Part shown: positions 11,791 to 25,593 of the stretch, piece after piece
How the letters are laid out: each line of letters opens with the position of its first letter
Numbering within the stretch: the first letter of the stretch is position 1
Source of the DNA: Octopus sinensis
Taxonomy: Eukaryota
Assembly (NCBI RefSeq): GCF_006345805.1
Contig: NW_021833824.1
Location: 1 to 54,497, forward strand
DNA length: 54,497 nucleotides
Direction: 5' to 3'
Position numbers and translations under genes: made by a program
Notes under the pieces: generated by a model
What the model saw: the letters and a program-made list of their open reading frames with translations, nothing else
Database searches by the model: none
Told to the model about the DNA's origin: nothing

Positions 11791-12413
11791 AGAGTTTCAC
11801 GATCTTGTATGGTTCAATCAATAACCATAGGCCTAACTATTTGCGTACTTTGCTATTTTTCAAAGGAACGGATTTATGTGTGGTGCGCACATAAACAACC
11901 ATCAAGGGAGGTAGCTACTTATACACGGCTCTGTATTTTATACTTTGTTTCTAGCAATCACCAGGCAGATTTTACAACAAATTGCCTGAAGATAATACGT
12001 AACACATTTTTGTTGTACTGTTACATACTGCGATGATTGTTATACACAAAACCATTAACTGGACATGTTACTTAGATCATGAACCAGCAGGGATATAGAT
12101 GTAAATTTAATTTAGGAATAAAAAAGTAGTAGTTGTTGTTATTGTTGTTGTTTTTATAGTAGGAGGTGGCGTGGTGGTAGTGATGCTGGTGACGATGGTG
12201 ATGTTAGTGCTTGTGGTGGTGTTGTTGTTGGTAGTGATGTTGGAGTGGTGGTGATGTTAGTGTTAGTGGTGGTAGTTTTAGCAATAGTTGTGTTAGTGGT
12301 GGTGGTGGTGGTGGTGGTGGTGGAGGTGATGGTAGTGGTGGTAGTTGTAGTGGTAGCAGTAAAGTAGACGGTAAAAATAAGTCGTCATAGCGTAGGTGTT
12401 ATTGGTGATGGTT

Positions 12414-12536
<123 letters not shown>

Positions 12537-12548
12537 GAGTAGTAGTAG

Positions 12549-12868
12549 AAAACGAAGCTCAAAAAGTGTGACGTCGACTTCACTAACTGGGAGGAAACGG
12601 CAAAAAACAGACCACTCTGGAAAACCACCATCCATGAGGGAACGGCGACTTTCGAGTCGAAAAGGTCTGCAGAGCTGGAGGAGAAAAGACGACGACGGAA
12701 GGAGCGCCAACAACAACCACGTGCGACTCTCCCTTCCGGCACTAGATGTCCGCACTGCGACCGATCTTTTCAAGCAAGAATTTGTCTTATCGGTCACCTA
12801 CGGACTCACCAGTAAATTTGCGCGAAGACCGTCATCCTCGACCTTGAGGGATTGCCATCATCATCATC

Positions 12869-12869
<1 letters not shown>
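12549..12869 (+). mobile_element. 5'-truncated RTE-clade LINE 3' end within (TAG)n
   Basis: Frame 12549-12815: KTKLKKCDVDFTNWEETAKNRPLWKTTIHEG...CPHCDRSFQARICLIGHLRTHQ* (terminal C2H2 finger seen in RTE ORFs), short 3' UTR, (TCA)n tail. Confidence 0.8.
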
Positions 12870-12903
<34 letters not shown>

Positions 12904-14096
12904 CAGCAGCAGCTTTTTGATGTTGGGAGAAATGGTGTTGTCAGCAGTAATGTTGGCAGTAGCAGTAGTAGTAGTAATGGTAGTAATGTTGGAAGCAGTA
13001 GTGGTGGTGGTAGGAATAGTAGTAGTAGTAGTAGTAGTATAGTAGTAGTAGTAGTAGTATAGTAGTAGTAGTAGTAGCAGCAGCAGCAGGAACAACAACA
13101 GCAGTAGAAGCAGAAAAAATATAACGATGAAGACGAAAGTTCTATTTCATTTATATTTCCTTTTATTCTGTTTGTTTTGTTTTGATTTTTTTAGTTTTTT
13201 TGGGGGGTTTTATTTGTTTTTTCAACCAAAATGTATTTCTTTAACTGAAAATTGCTTTGATTTCGATCGAACTCTCTTAGATCAAAAAGAAGCGTCAAAA
13301 ACATAAATAAAAATAAATGAATGAGAAATGTTACAGACAAAAAGAAGATGTAAAAAAATTTTTAGGTTTTTTTTTTCTTTTGTTTTTGCTCTTTTTTTTA
13401 TTTTGAAAAGTTTCAACATTTTTGAAAGATATAACTTGATTTGATTGGATAACGATTGATTTGTAGTGAGGCTGATATTGATTTTTTTATTTCATTTTAT
13501 ATGTTATTGCTATATTTTAAGTGTGTTTTTGAAGGATCGGTAAGTAACGAGAAAATGAAATAATAATAACAATTATTACGACGACGACGACGGCGGTGGT
13601 GGCTGCAGCGATGATGACGACGACGATGACAACGGGAGACATGTTTTAGGTGAGAAGTGAGAAAACAGTAAATTATCACTTAAGAATGAGAATAGAGAGA
13701 GGGAGAGAGATGGGGGAAGCGTGGGCGTTAGAGAATGTGTAAGACTGAAAAAAGTAACGAGTGTGTGATAGAGAAAAAGAGAGAATGGGAGAATAAAGAA
13801 TAGCATCGGAAAGTTATCAACTGAGGGAGAGAAAGTCCAAGTGTGAATGTAGGCGGCGAGACAAAAAGATAGAATGTCAGTGAGTGAGATACAGAGGTAA
13901 AAACAGATACAATTAGGGATAAAGGGGGACAGACAGAGACAAACAGACAGACACACAGACGGACAGGTAAAGCTGCTTCAGACAGGTGGATGGGAGAAAT
14001 AAACCGGGAGAGAGGAGAATGAGAAAAGAATATGAAATAAAAGGAGAGAGAAAGAGAGAGGCAGGGGTGAAAAGAAAGAGATAGAGGTGAAGAGGC

Positions 14097-14133
<37 letters not shown>

Positions 14134-14679
14134 AATAGGCAAGTAGACAGATACAGACGGAGGACAAGATGTAGGAGACGGGTGGATGAGAGAAACAGAG
14201 ACAGTGGGGAGAAATGAATAGCGAATATGAAAGAAAGGAGGAGAGAGAGGAAAGGAGAAAGAGAGAGGTGAAGAGAAAGAGAGATAGGCAGTCAGACAGA
14301 GACACGGGAAGAGAAAAGAATGTATGAGAGAGGCGGCCGGAAAAGATTGAAGAGAGAACATCAGTAAAACAAATCGGAAGAAAGAAAAGGAGAGATGTAT
14401 AGAGAGAAAATGAGATTAAGCGATGGAAAGAGAATGAAAGAGAGGCGAGAAAATTATTCGAAGAGGCAGAGACAAAAAAGTAAAATAAGTGAGAGGGTAG
14501 AGAAAAGAAGAAATTGTAATACGTAGCGTGGGGTTAGGAGAGACTGTGGGATTAAGTGAGAAAGATTGGGAGGCAGAGAAGAATCATTAAGGGAAAGAAA
14601 GACATAATGAGAAAGAAAAATTTTTTTAAACTAAATGAAAAGTAGAAAAATTGACAGGTGCAAATATGGATAAATATTG

Positions 14680-14880
14680 ATTTCAAATTTTGGCACAAGA
14701 TCAGCAATTTCTAAGGAATGAATTACATCGACCCTAACGCTCAACTGGTGCTTATTTTATAGACTCTCTTAGGATGAATGGCTAAGTCGACCTCTGCAGA
14801 ATTTAAACTCAGAACGTAAAAACAGACGAAATACTGCTAAGTACTTTGCCCGGCGTTCCGACGATACTTACAGCTCGCGC
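14680..14880 (-). mobile_element. SINE family A, diverged
   Basis: AAGTCGACCTC...AACTCAGAACGTAAAAACAGACGAAATAC similarity. Confidence 0.7.
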
Positions 14881-15118
14881 TGAACAACTAGATTGCGGAG
14901 ACTTAAAGAAACCAACAGTCGTCGTCAAGAGGTTGTGAGGAAAAACCAGAAACAGACACACACACACGCTCATGTATATATATATGTATATATATATAGA
15001 CATATATATATACACACATATATATATATATGCATATATTACACACACATATATATATATACACACATATATATATATATACACACACATATATATATAT
15101 ACATATATATATATATAT

Positions 15119-15157
<39 letters not shown>

Positions 15158-15176
15158 TACATAATATAATATATAT

Positions 15177-15217
<41 letters not shown>

Positions 15218-15268
15218 CATATTTATACATATATATACATATATATACATATATATACATATATATAC

Positions 15269-15445
<177 letters not shown>

Positions 15446-15460
15446 ATATGTATATATATA

Positions 15461-15690
15461 TCAGGTTGAGTAAAAAGTAAACAACGTTTTGAACCTTGAA
15501 GAGTTTGTACCGGATTTTTGAAGATTTATGAAATTTTAAAAACATTTCTTTGAAATTGTCTGATAATACAGACATAGACTTGCCCAAATGCATCCATAAA
15601 TTAATATCGATATTTTTTTCACCGTTGTTACAATCATCTGAAATGGAACTGTCAAAGCGCGATATTCAAGCAATTTTGCTATATCAACGA
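15461..15690 (+). mobile_element. Mariner 5' end (TIR and transposase start)
   Basis: TA-TCAGGTTGAGTAAAAAGT terminus; ATG reading [14 protein letters not shown], like mariner N-termini. Confidence 0.6.
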
Positions 15691-15895
15691 AACGTAAAAA
15701 TATATAAATCTCCATGAATTGTTTTGTCGAATAAATCGACCCCAGTGCTCCCTTTTAGTCTTGAATTATTTCTATCCTTCACTTTTTCTGGGGGCATAAC
15801 CAAACTAACACCGGTTGTAAAGCCGTAGCGTGGCAAAGAAAAACACTACAACACGCGCACATACACAAGCAAAAGTTTCCGTCAAACAAATTCAC

Positions 15896-16036
15896 TAAGT
15901 AGCTTGCTTACGAAGCACATGGTTCCGAGTTCAGTCCCACTGCGTGGCACCTTGGGCAAGTGTCTTCTGCTATAGCCTTGGGCCAACATAAGCCTTGTGA
16001 GTGGATTTGGTAGACAGAAACTAAAAGAAGCCCGTC

Positions 16037-16106
<70 letters not shown>

Positions 16107-16316
16107 GTGTGTGTGTGTGTGTGTGTCTGTGTTTCTCCCCCAACATCGCTTGACAACCGATGCTGGTGTGTTTACGTACCCGTAACTTAATGGTCCGGCA
16201 AAAGAGACCGATAGAATAAGTACTATGCTTACGAAGAATAAGTCCTGGGGGTCGATTTGCTCGACTAAAGGCGGTGCTCCAGCATGGCCACAGTCAAATG
16301 ACTGAAACAAGTAAAG
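15896..16316 (+). mobile_element. SINE family C with expanded internal microsatellite
   Basis: Colinear with 11388-11790. Confidence 0.85.
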
Positions 16317-16786
16317 GATTAATCCATCGTTCAGTCCGGGACTACAATAGAAGTAATCCAGGGTACAACGCCAAGGAACCGAACCTAAAACCGGGTGGTT
16401 GCAAGGCGAACTTCTAAACTGCACAGCAATACTGCATCTATCTTCTAAGCACTAAAATTTTGCAGCAAATGATTTTTAAACGAATTTTGATAAACAATTA
16501 TTATGTAAAATAATTTTGTTAAAACAATTTAATACATAATTTAATATGTAAAGCTTTTGCGAGACCTTCGTAAAACATTTTGCAATGATGTCACAAATTT
16601 TATTGTTTATTCGGAGTACATTAATACGCATCCTCTCCTTCCCTCTATCTCTCTCTCTCTCCATATATGCTTTTATACGTTTATATATATAGTGACAGAG
16701 AGGGCAAGGCGGAGGAGAGAAATAGATTGAATGAGAGTGAAAGAGAGTGAAACATAAACTCATAGAAGATGGACAGACAGATGAAT

Positions 16787-16853
<67 letters not shown>

Positions 16854-17464
16854 GAGAAATCGACCGGCTAATTCGTAGATTACACGTACAATCTGTAAGT
16901 GGAGCAGTAAAAATATACAAGACTTTTCTCAAGTTCCAAATGTAATTTCATCTGTGTGCTAACTACATCCCTTGTATGTTTGTTGGAAACCGGCTCCCTC
17001 CTCAGGGGAAGATTTATAATAATTGAAAAATAGAAGAGACATACATACATACATACATACATACATACATACATACATACATACATACATACATACATAC
17101 ATACATACGTACGTAGATTGCAGAACGAAATGGAATCAGTGCAGTTTCAAATTACCAATTTGTCTTTCGCTCATCTTACGTACGGGACCCGAAACCCTGA
17201 TCGTACGGCAAAACCCCATTTTCATTTTTTTTTTCTCAAAACAAACACACACACACACGTGTATCACAGACACGTTCTCTTTCTCTCCCCAATCGCATAC
17301 ACGCGCGCCTGCATGCGCAGATGTACACAGAGGGCCGGCGCTGACACAAGCACCAACATTTACGGACTCCCACAGATCTGTGCGGGGTCTGTTGGTGTAC
17401 AGGTACCGATCAGATCTACATGCGCACACTCACACACACACACACGCATGCGCATACACACACA

Positions 17465-17496
<32 letters not shown>

Positions 17497-17654
17497 ATAT
17501 GTCAGTGCAATTATCTCGTCAATATTGCCACTTTAGTTATTGAGATGTGTCAATAAGACTCTGAGTAAGCTGAGACTTCAACTGGTTAATTGAGTGTAAT
17601 ATATATAGCATATAGAAGATTGATGGAGGCTGTATCATAATGAGACTGGACTGC

Positions 17655-18920
17655 GCGGTGGTGGTGGTGGTGGTGGTGGTGGTGGTATGGTGGTGGTGGT
17701 GGTGGTGGTGTGGTGGTGGTGGTGGTGGTGGTGGTATGGTGGTGGTGGTGTGTGGTGGTGGTTGGTGGTGGTTGGTGGTGGTGGTGGTGGTGGTGTGGTG
17801 GAGGAGGAGGTGGTGGTGGTGGTGGTGGTGGTGGTGGTGGAGGATTTGGTGGTGGTGGTGGTGGTGGTGGTGGTTTTGGTGGTGGTGGTGGTGGTGGTGG
17901 TGGCGGTGGTGGCGGTGATGTTGCTAGTGCTGGGGGCGCTGGGGGGGTCCTGGTGGTGGTATCAAGAGCGGTGGAGAAGACGGTGGTTTTGGTGGTGATG
18001 GTAAGTAAGGTGGCAGTTGTGTAAATGGTGGTGGTCGTCGTGGTGGCGGCGCTGTAGGTATGGGTGTTGGTAGTTCTGGTGACGACGGCGGCGGCGCCAG
18101 CGGTGGCATAGGTGTGACATCAGTGAAGGCGGTGGAGTAGGGAGGGGATCTTGGTGGGGCGGGGTTGTGATGCTTGTGGTGTCGGTGGAAGGATTTGAGA
18201 AGGACGGTAACGATGATGATGATCATTGCCATATTGGTGATGAGGAGGGTGGCGGCAGTGGCGACGACGACGATGATGATGAGGAGGAGGAGGAGGAAGA
18301 TGATCGATGTCTCCATCAAGCCAATCAATATTATCATTGTCAGTCGCAACATTATCGGTATCAATGTCATTGGTCTCATTATACACGTTGCTCACCTTCT
18401 GCTAATTATCGGCCTCGTTATCATCGACGTCATTATCACCGTCATTACCATCACCATCATCATCATCATCATCATCATCATTATCATCATCATCATCATC
18501 ATCATCATCGATATTACCACCTCACTACCAACACCATCGCCTCATTCCCACCACCACCACCATCGTCATCATCATCATCATCATCGTCGTCGTCATCTTT
18601 GTTGCCATCATCACCGCCTGACCACCACCACCACCACCACTATCAACACCATTATTTTAATCATCAGCACGAAATCCTAAACACCGCAATCATCATCATC
18701 ATCATCATCGTCGTCGTCGTTGTCGTCATCATCATCAACATCATCATCATCGCCACTTTACCACAACGACCACCATCATCATTATTATGATTACCATCCT
18801 CCTCGTCCCCATCATCCTCGTCCCCATCCTCCTCGTCCACATCATCATCATCATCATCATCATCATCGTCGTCGTTGTATTCGTCGTTGTCGTCGCCGTC
18901 ATCAACATCATCATCATCAT
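17655..18920. repeat. Compound trinucleotide field (GGT/GAT switching to CAT/CAC)
   Basis: Direct reading. Confidence 0.9.
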
Positions 18921-19142
18921 TTAGGAAATCTTAAAAATACAATCATAGCCTTTTATATTTCTAATGCTTCAATGCCTACAATCATATTTTGATGTGTAAA
19001 TTTTGTTTTTCTCCCCGCCCCCCACCGCAACGTCGTTTAAAACATACACACTCACTCAATTAATGGGCTTAACGCATATGTCAATAAACAAATGAATAAA
19101 TAATAAAATAAATTAATTAACAGGTAGACAGACAGACAGATG

Positions 19143-19236
<94 letters not shown>

Positions 19237-19340
19237 CAGACAGATAGATAGACAGACAGGCAGGCGGACAGAGAGCCAGAGACAGACAGACAGTCAGACT
19301 GACAGACAGACAGACAGGCAGACAGACAGACAGACAGACC

Positions 19341-19426
<86 letters not shown>

Positions 19427-19799
19427 CGCATATACCTATGCTTCTTTGTTTGTGCTTGGCCCCTATCACTGTTTGACAAACGTTATTGCTTTATTTGCGT
19501 CACTTAGTGGTTCGGTATAGTAGACTGATGGAATAAGCACAAGGCTTTAACAAAAATTAAGTACTAGGTTGGATTTTTTTCGACTAAACTTATTCGAGGC
19601 GATGTTCCAGAATGGCCGCAGCCCAATGACTGAAGTAAAAGAAGATAACTAAATGATAAATCTATAATACTTCTATGCCTTCCTCACTGTTTGGTTTTTA
19701 ATATGCTCGAAACACGGACCCTAAATTTTGAAGAATTAGGGCAAGTGCTGGAAACGGTCACCCAGTGAGATTGTTGTTTTTGTTATTCTTGTTATGGTT

Positions 19800-19918
19800 A
19801 TTAATGATGATGATGATGATGATGATGATGATGGTGATGTTGGTGATGGTGGTGATGGTGGTGATGGTGATGATGATGATGATTATGATGATGATGGCAG
19901 TGATGATGATGATGGCAG

Positions 19919-19950
<32 letters not shown>

Positions 19951-20385
19951 GTGATGTTGGTGATGGTGGTGATGGTGATGATGATGATGGTGGTGGTGGT
20001 GGTGGTGCTGATGATGATGATTATGACGACGACGACGACGACGATGATGATGATGATGGTGGTGATGATGATGATGATGATGATGACGACGACGACGACG
20101 ACGATGACGACGATGAAAGATGGTGATGACGACGATGATGTGGATGGTGAGGAGGGTGATGAAGGTAAGAAGGATAAAGAGCAGCAGAAGCAGCAGGGGG
20201 AAGAGAAGAAAGAGCCAGGGGAGGAGGAGGAGGAAGAGCAGAAGGAAGAGCAGGAGGAGCAGGAGGATGAGAAGGAAGAGCAGAAGAAAGAGCAGGAAGA
20301 GCAGGAGGAGGAGAAGAAGAGAGAGCAGGAGGAGGATTAGGACGAGAAGGACGATGACGATGATGATGAGAATGATAATGATGTT
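19800..20385. repeat. (GAT)n/(GAG)n trinucleotide field
   Basis: Direct reading. Confidence 0.9.
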
Positions 20386-20493
20386 GCGCTGTGAGAAAGG
20401 TCATAGAAAACCGCTCACAGTTCTCTTTTTCTGTCCCCAAACCTTATGTTCCTTTATTTGGCGCTTTTGAAGTATAGACCGATGTACTCTATA

Positions 20494-20888
20494 TTGGAAG
20501 CACTCCGTCGGTTACGACGACGAGGGTTCCGGTTGATCCGATCAACGGAACAGCCTGCTCGTGAAATTAACGTGCAAGTGGTTGAGCACTCCACAGACAC
20601 GTGTACCCTTAACGTAGTTCTCGGGGATATTCAGCGTGACACAGATAGTGACAAGGCCGGCCCTTTTGAAATACAGGTACAACAGAAACAGGAAGTAAGA
20701 GTGAGAGTGAGAGAAAGTTGTGGTGAAAGAGTACAGCAGGGATCACCACCACCCCCTGCCGGAGCCTCGTGGAGCTTTTTTAGGTGTTTTCGCTCAGTAA
20801 ACACTCACAACGCCCGGTCTGGGAATCGAAACCGCGATCCTACGACCGCGAGTCCGCTGCCCTAACCACTGGGCCATTGCACTTCCAC
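20494..20888 (-). mobile_element. SINE family B (tRNA-Arg-like head)
   Basis: Head ...CAATGGCCCAGTGGTTAGGGCAGCGGACTCGCGG...GGTTTCGATTCC; tail CGTAACCGACGGAGTGCTTCC; flanking ACTCTATA duplication. Confidence 0.85.
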
Positions 20889-21057
20889 ACTCTATACTTA
20901 ACATTAAGTTAACACATGGCAGCACATGGATCTCGCTGATTCTCTTTCTTCTCTTTTCTGTTTTAAAATCCGTGCCAACCAGGAACATTGTATTGCTTTT
21001 TTTTCTATCCCTCGCTGTAACCACAATTTATTTTAAGTATCCCATCTCCCCTTGCAC

Positions 21058-21302
21058 CAGTGGTTCTCAACCTGGGTCCATATGGCTCCTGAGCGTTCAT
21101 ATAAGATTTTAGGGGTCCTTAAAATAAAATAGTAAATTGGGAACCAAGTGGCTGTGTGGTAAGTAGCTTGCTAACCAACCACATGGTTCCGGGTTCAGTC
21201 CCACTGCGTGGCATCTTGGGCAAGTGTCTTCTGCTATAGCCCGGGCCGACCAATGCCTTGTGAGTAGATTTGGTAGACGGAAACTGAAAGAAGCGTGTCG
21301 TA

Positions 21303-21387
<85 letters not shown>

Positions 21388-21833
21388 ATGTGTTTGTGTG
21401 TCTGTGTGTGTCCCCCTAGCATTGCTTGACAACCGATGCTGGTGTGTTTACGTCCCCGTCACCTAGCGGTTCGGCAAAAGAGACCGATAGAATAAGTACT
21501 GGGCTTACAAAGAGGCGGTGCTTCAGCATGGCCACAGTCAAATGACTGAAACAAGTAAAAGAGTAAAAGAGTAATAGTATTTTAAGGGCTCCTGAAAAAA
21601 ATTCCTTTAGATGTATGTGTTAGCATCTATTGCAAGAAACAGCTAGGTTTCTTTCTCTAAAATTTTACATAATTCAACCTACACAAGTTAATGTGTGAAA
21701 AACAAAATAGGAATTTTGAAAGATGCTTCTATAAAACTAGTTTTTAAACATCGAATAGCTATGGAGGGGGGTCCACCAGAACAAAATACTAATGAAAGGG
21801 GTCTATAGATAAAAAAATAGTTGATAACCCCAG
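21058..21833 (+). mobile_element. hAT-type non-autonomous element with nested SINE C (21148-21572)
   Basis: Ends CAGTGGTTCTCAAC and GTTGATAACCCCAG; internal GGGGTCC motifs; no clear TSD. Confidence 0.65.
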
Positions 21834-21889
21834 TTGGGTTTCAAGCCAAAACTCAAGGAGCGATGCCGAATTCTGTACTATATTAATTC

Positions 21890-22750
21890 TCTAAATATCC
21901 CAGAATATCTTCGCCATTTCACCCTTGTTCCTATATACAAATTCTTACTATACGAAGGTGCATTCCAGAAGTTTGGAAACTATTTTTCGAGTAATTTATT
22001 AATTCCAAAGAAATACAAAAAACACTGATTCCTTGCAGAGTAGGGTCCTCTTACTTCAATGCACTTATTGTTGTACTCCAGCCATTTCGTGAAGGCCCCA
22101 TAAACAACTTCCAAAATATCTTCACTATTTCATCCCTATTTCTATATGCAAATTCTTAATATACGAAGATGCATTCCAGAAGTTTGGAGATTATTTTCGT
22201 GAGAGACATTTATTAATTCCAAAGAAATACAAAACATTGATTTCCCATAAAGGCCCCATAAAGAACTTCCAAAATATCCCAAAATATCTTCGCCATTTTA
22301 CGCCTATTCCTATATAAAAATTCTTAATATACGAAGATGCATTCCAGAAGTTTGGAGATTATTTTTGTGAGAGACATCTATTAATTCCAAAGAAATACAA
22401 AACCCTGCTTTCCCATAAATGCCCCATAAAGAACTTCCAAAATATCCCAAAATATCTTCGCCATTTCACCCCTATTCCTATATGCAAATTCTTAATATAC
22501 GAAGGTGCATTCCAGAAGTTTCGAGATTGTTTTTCGTGAGAGACATTTATTAATTCCAAAGAAATACAAAACACTGATTTCCCATAAATGCCCCATAAAG
22601 AACTTCCAAAATATCCCAAAATATCTTTGCCATTTCACCCCATGTTCCTATATACAAATTTTTAATATATGAAGGTGCATTCCAGAAGTTTCGAGATTTT
22701 TTTTCGTGAGAGACATCTATTAATTCCAAAGAAATACAAAACACTGATTT
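21890..22750. repeat. Five-copy tandem repeat of a mariner TIR plus flank
   Basis: TA(C/T)GAAG(G/A)TGCATTCCAGAAG at 21951, 22162, 22330, 22498 and 22668 (spacings 211, 168, 168, 170). Confidence 0.85.
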
Positions 22751-23636
22751 CTTTCGGAGTAGGGTCCTCTGACTTCAATGCATTTATTGTCGTTCTCGTA
22801 CTCCAGCCACTTCGTGAAGGCCCTATGAAGAACTTCCAAACCGAATGTGTTTGAGAACCTTATCAAGAAGAACCTTATTCTTCGTCTTCAAAATGAATGG
22901 CCCTTATGTTCTCCATCAGCTTGGGGAACAACCAAAAGTCATAATGAGCATGGTCTGGATTGTAGAGAGAGTAGTGAGGAACAGTTTCGATACCCGTCTC
23001 TGTCAAGTCGTTCATTACCAGGATAGAATTGCAAGTAGTGTTTAGTTGTGTTCCCACAACTGTCTCCTACAATTCGGAATAACAAAATTGGCAGGTCAGC
23101 TTATTAGGTATATCATAATGATATACTAATAGTCTAATATACTAATATATAGTATGGCTGGATGGAAGCACTCCGTCGGTTACGACGACGAGGGTTCCGG
23201 TTGATCCGAATCAACGGAACAGCCTGCTCGTGAAATTAACGTGTAAGTGGCTGAGCACTCCACAGACACGTGTACCCTTAACGTAGTTCTCGGGGATATT
23301 CAGCGTGACACAAAGGGTGACAAGGCCGGCCCTTTGAAATACAGGTACAACAGAAACAGGAAGTAAGAGTGAGAGAAAGTTGTGGTGAAAGAGTACAGCA
23401 GGGATCACCACCATCCTCTGCCGAAGCCTCGTGGAGCTTTAGGTGTTTTCGCTCAATAAACACTCACAACGCCCGGTCTGGGAATCGAAACCGGGTTCCT
23501 ATGACCGCGAGTCCGCTGCCTTAACCACTGGGCCATTGCGCCTCCACAATATATAGTATATAGTCTAATATACAAATATAAGACTAATAGTCTTATAAAA
23601 TACAAAGTCTCAAAACTTCTGGAATATACTACGTTT
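22668..23636 (-). mobile_element. Internally deleted mariner with SINE B insertion
   Basis: YNPDHAHYDFWLFPKL (degenerate YSPDLAPxDFWLFPKL motif); opposite TIR-like AAACTTCTGGAATATACTACGT near 23610-23636. Confidence 0.75.
23163..23547 (-). mobile_element. SINE family B
   Basis: Near-identical to 20494-20888; AATATATAGTAT on both sides. Confidence 0.88.
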
Positions 23637-24505
23637 ATTCTTTTCGCTTTCTTTCCCATGAGACTACAGGCATTTTCTTATTATTGAAGGTTCCTATCAA
23701 TAATGAGCATCTAATCCATCGTGCTTTGTTTCTCATTTTAGTGTTATTGCCATTAAATTAAAAATTATCTGACACCGTAATTGTATTTCTTTGTAACGAT
23801 ACCAACATTGTTTATTTAGTGATTTCTACATTTTGAATTATTAAACGAGATGGGAACGTCTCGCTGTTATAATCACACTATCAGGAAATACAATTATATG
23901 TATATATGTATATGTATTCGTTGATGGTGAGACAGATTTCATCAAAAGTCATTAATGTCTCCAGTCAGTTTCATATCATCTGGGATAATATTTACATTTC
24001 AACGAAATATTTGCTTTCTTAGGCTGTCTTTGGACAGCTGAAATAGCTCTCAGATCCAGTAAATAACCACAATTGGTTTTCGGGTCCTTCGATTGACCAA
24101 TATTTTCCTCAGTACTGACCATTCCTCCTACTTATGTCGCCTAAAGAACAAGTTTAACGTAGAACGCATTTAACAGCATCGACGTTTCCACATGGACTCG
24201 AGAACGGTTGTGTTGTAAAGAAGTTTGGTTCGTAATCACGCGGTGATTGGTTCGATCTACTGGGCATCATCTTGTGCAGATGTCATATTCTATAATCCTG
24301 GATTCACTATCTTGTGGGAGAAATTGTAAAAAGAGATGACCGCCGTAAAGATATGTATATGCGTGTGTTTATGTATATACGTGTGTATGTATACATACAC
24401 ACACATATATATATGCATATATGTACGTATGTATATATATGTAAGAACATATACACACATACACACGCACACACGCATACATACATGCGTACATATATAT
24501 GTATA

Positions 24506-24541
<36 letters not shown>

Positions 24542-25051
24542 CCGTTCTGTCTGTGTGTGTGTCTTCTCGGATCTCGGGCATCCTCCATCCGATTGCGCTC
24601 AAATTTGATATGTAGATACCGACGGTATCAGAGCGTGTATAAGTCTAGAAAAAATTACAAAAATCGATTCCAGGTGGGAATGCGATTGATAAAGCCGTTA
24701 ACCTGTACATAACTGCACCTTCCATTTTTTGTTGTTTTTGTACTGCTTAAAGGCACGTTTCTTTCCTGCCAAGCTTACTGTTTAAACCATGTTTGTGTTC
24801 TCCCAGTCAACAGCCTTATCATTACTGGTACTTTAAACTCTTCGGTTGCATATTTGTGTGAATAAAATCGCTTTTCTTTGGAATAGAAAAGTCTATCTTT
24901 ATTTCTTCTTTTGCTAGTGTCTCAAATTTAGGTTAAATCAGTATTTCTCAAAGGGGAGGTCTATGAGACGGTCGGATAAGTTGTTTTGAGAAAATTTGGT
25001 TTAAATGTTTGATAACTCAGCACCGTCCATTTGACGGGGACGTTTTGCTCG
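24506..25051 (+). mobile_element. Non-autonomous Helitron-like element
   Basis: 5' TC-(TA)n-AAATCCGTTCTGTCTGTGTG; 3' hairpin CCGTC-CATTT-GACGG followed by CTCG-T (CTRR-like end). Confidence 0.65.
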
Positions 25052-25082
25052 TATACATATAAAAATATATATATATATATAT

Positions 25083-25593
25083 ATAATCAATATTGAAGGA
25101 AAAGAAAATGGAGAAAAAATGGATATATGAATAATTTATTTGTATGTTATAAAACGTTGAAAATTTCTTTTTAAAATCATACCAGTACAAATATATTGAT
25201 TACAAGTTGTAAAGCTCGGCAAAAATAAAATAAAAGGGTTATTGTGAAGAAGATCTATACGGAGTACACTCTGTATGCATCCTTCAAACGAAAAATGATA
25301 ACCTAAGTTTTATAAGCTCATAATGACCCTGAAGAAGTCCTACCCCATATAGTTAGAATATGATACCTTTCTTAACATTTAACCAAATGCTTAGAAATTC
25401 TGTTCAACTAGAGGATAGTACTGAAACATATGTGTAGGTTCTTTTATTTTTTTTTCAAGCTTTACAACTTGTAATCAATTTATTTGAACTGTTATTTTTT
25501 TTAAAGAAATATTCTACATTGTATAACATACACATTAATAATTCATAAATCCATTTTGTTCTTCGTTTTCTTTTCCTCCAATATTGATAATAT
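25083..25593 (+). mobile_element. Foldback Penelope-type pLTR relic with central hammerhead
   Basis: Inverted arms 25083-25216 and 25458-25593, TA flanks. Confidence 0.7.
25325..25440 (+). ncRNA. Type I hammerhead motif with large stem II insert
   Basis: GACC-CTGAAGA-AGT...ACT-GAAA-CA-TATG-TG-TA-GGTT; intact core, GUA triplet. Confidence 0.65.

Noticed and set aside
20446-20865. Recurrent peptides such as HLPKVPRSG, RNWYLIYRPRK and ALRRLRRRGFR
   Set aside because: Translations of SINE copies, not proteins
21890-22750. CRISPR-like array
   Set aside because: Whole units repeat without unique spacers; eukaryotic context; no cas genes
23470-23547. tRNA-Arg gene
   Set aside because: SINE head: no complete cloverleaf and continuous with the SINE body and TSD
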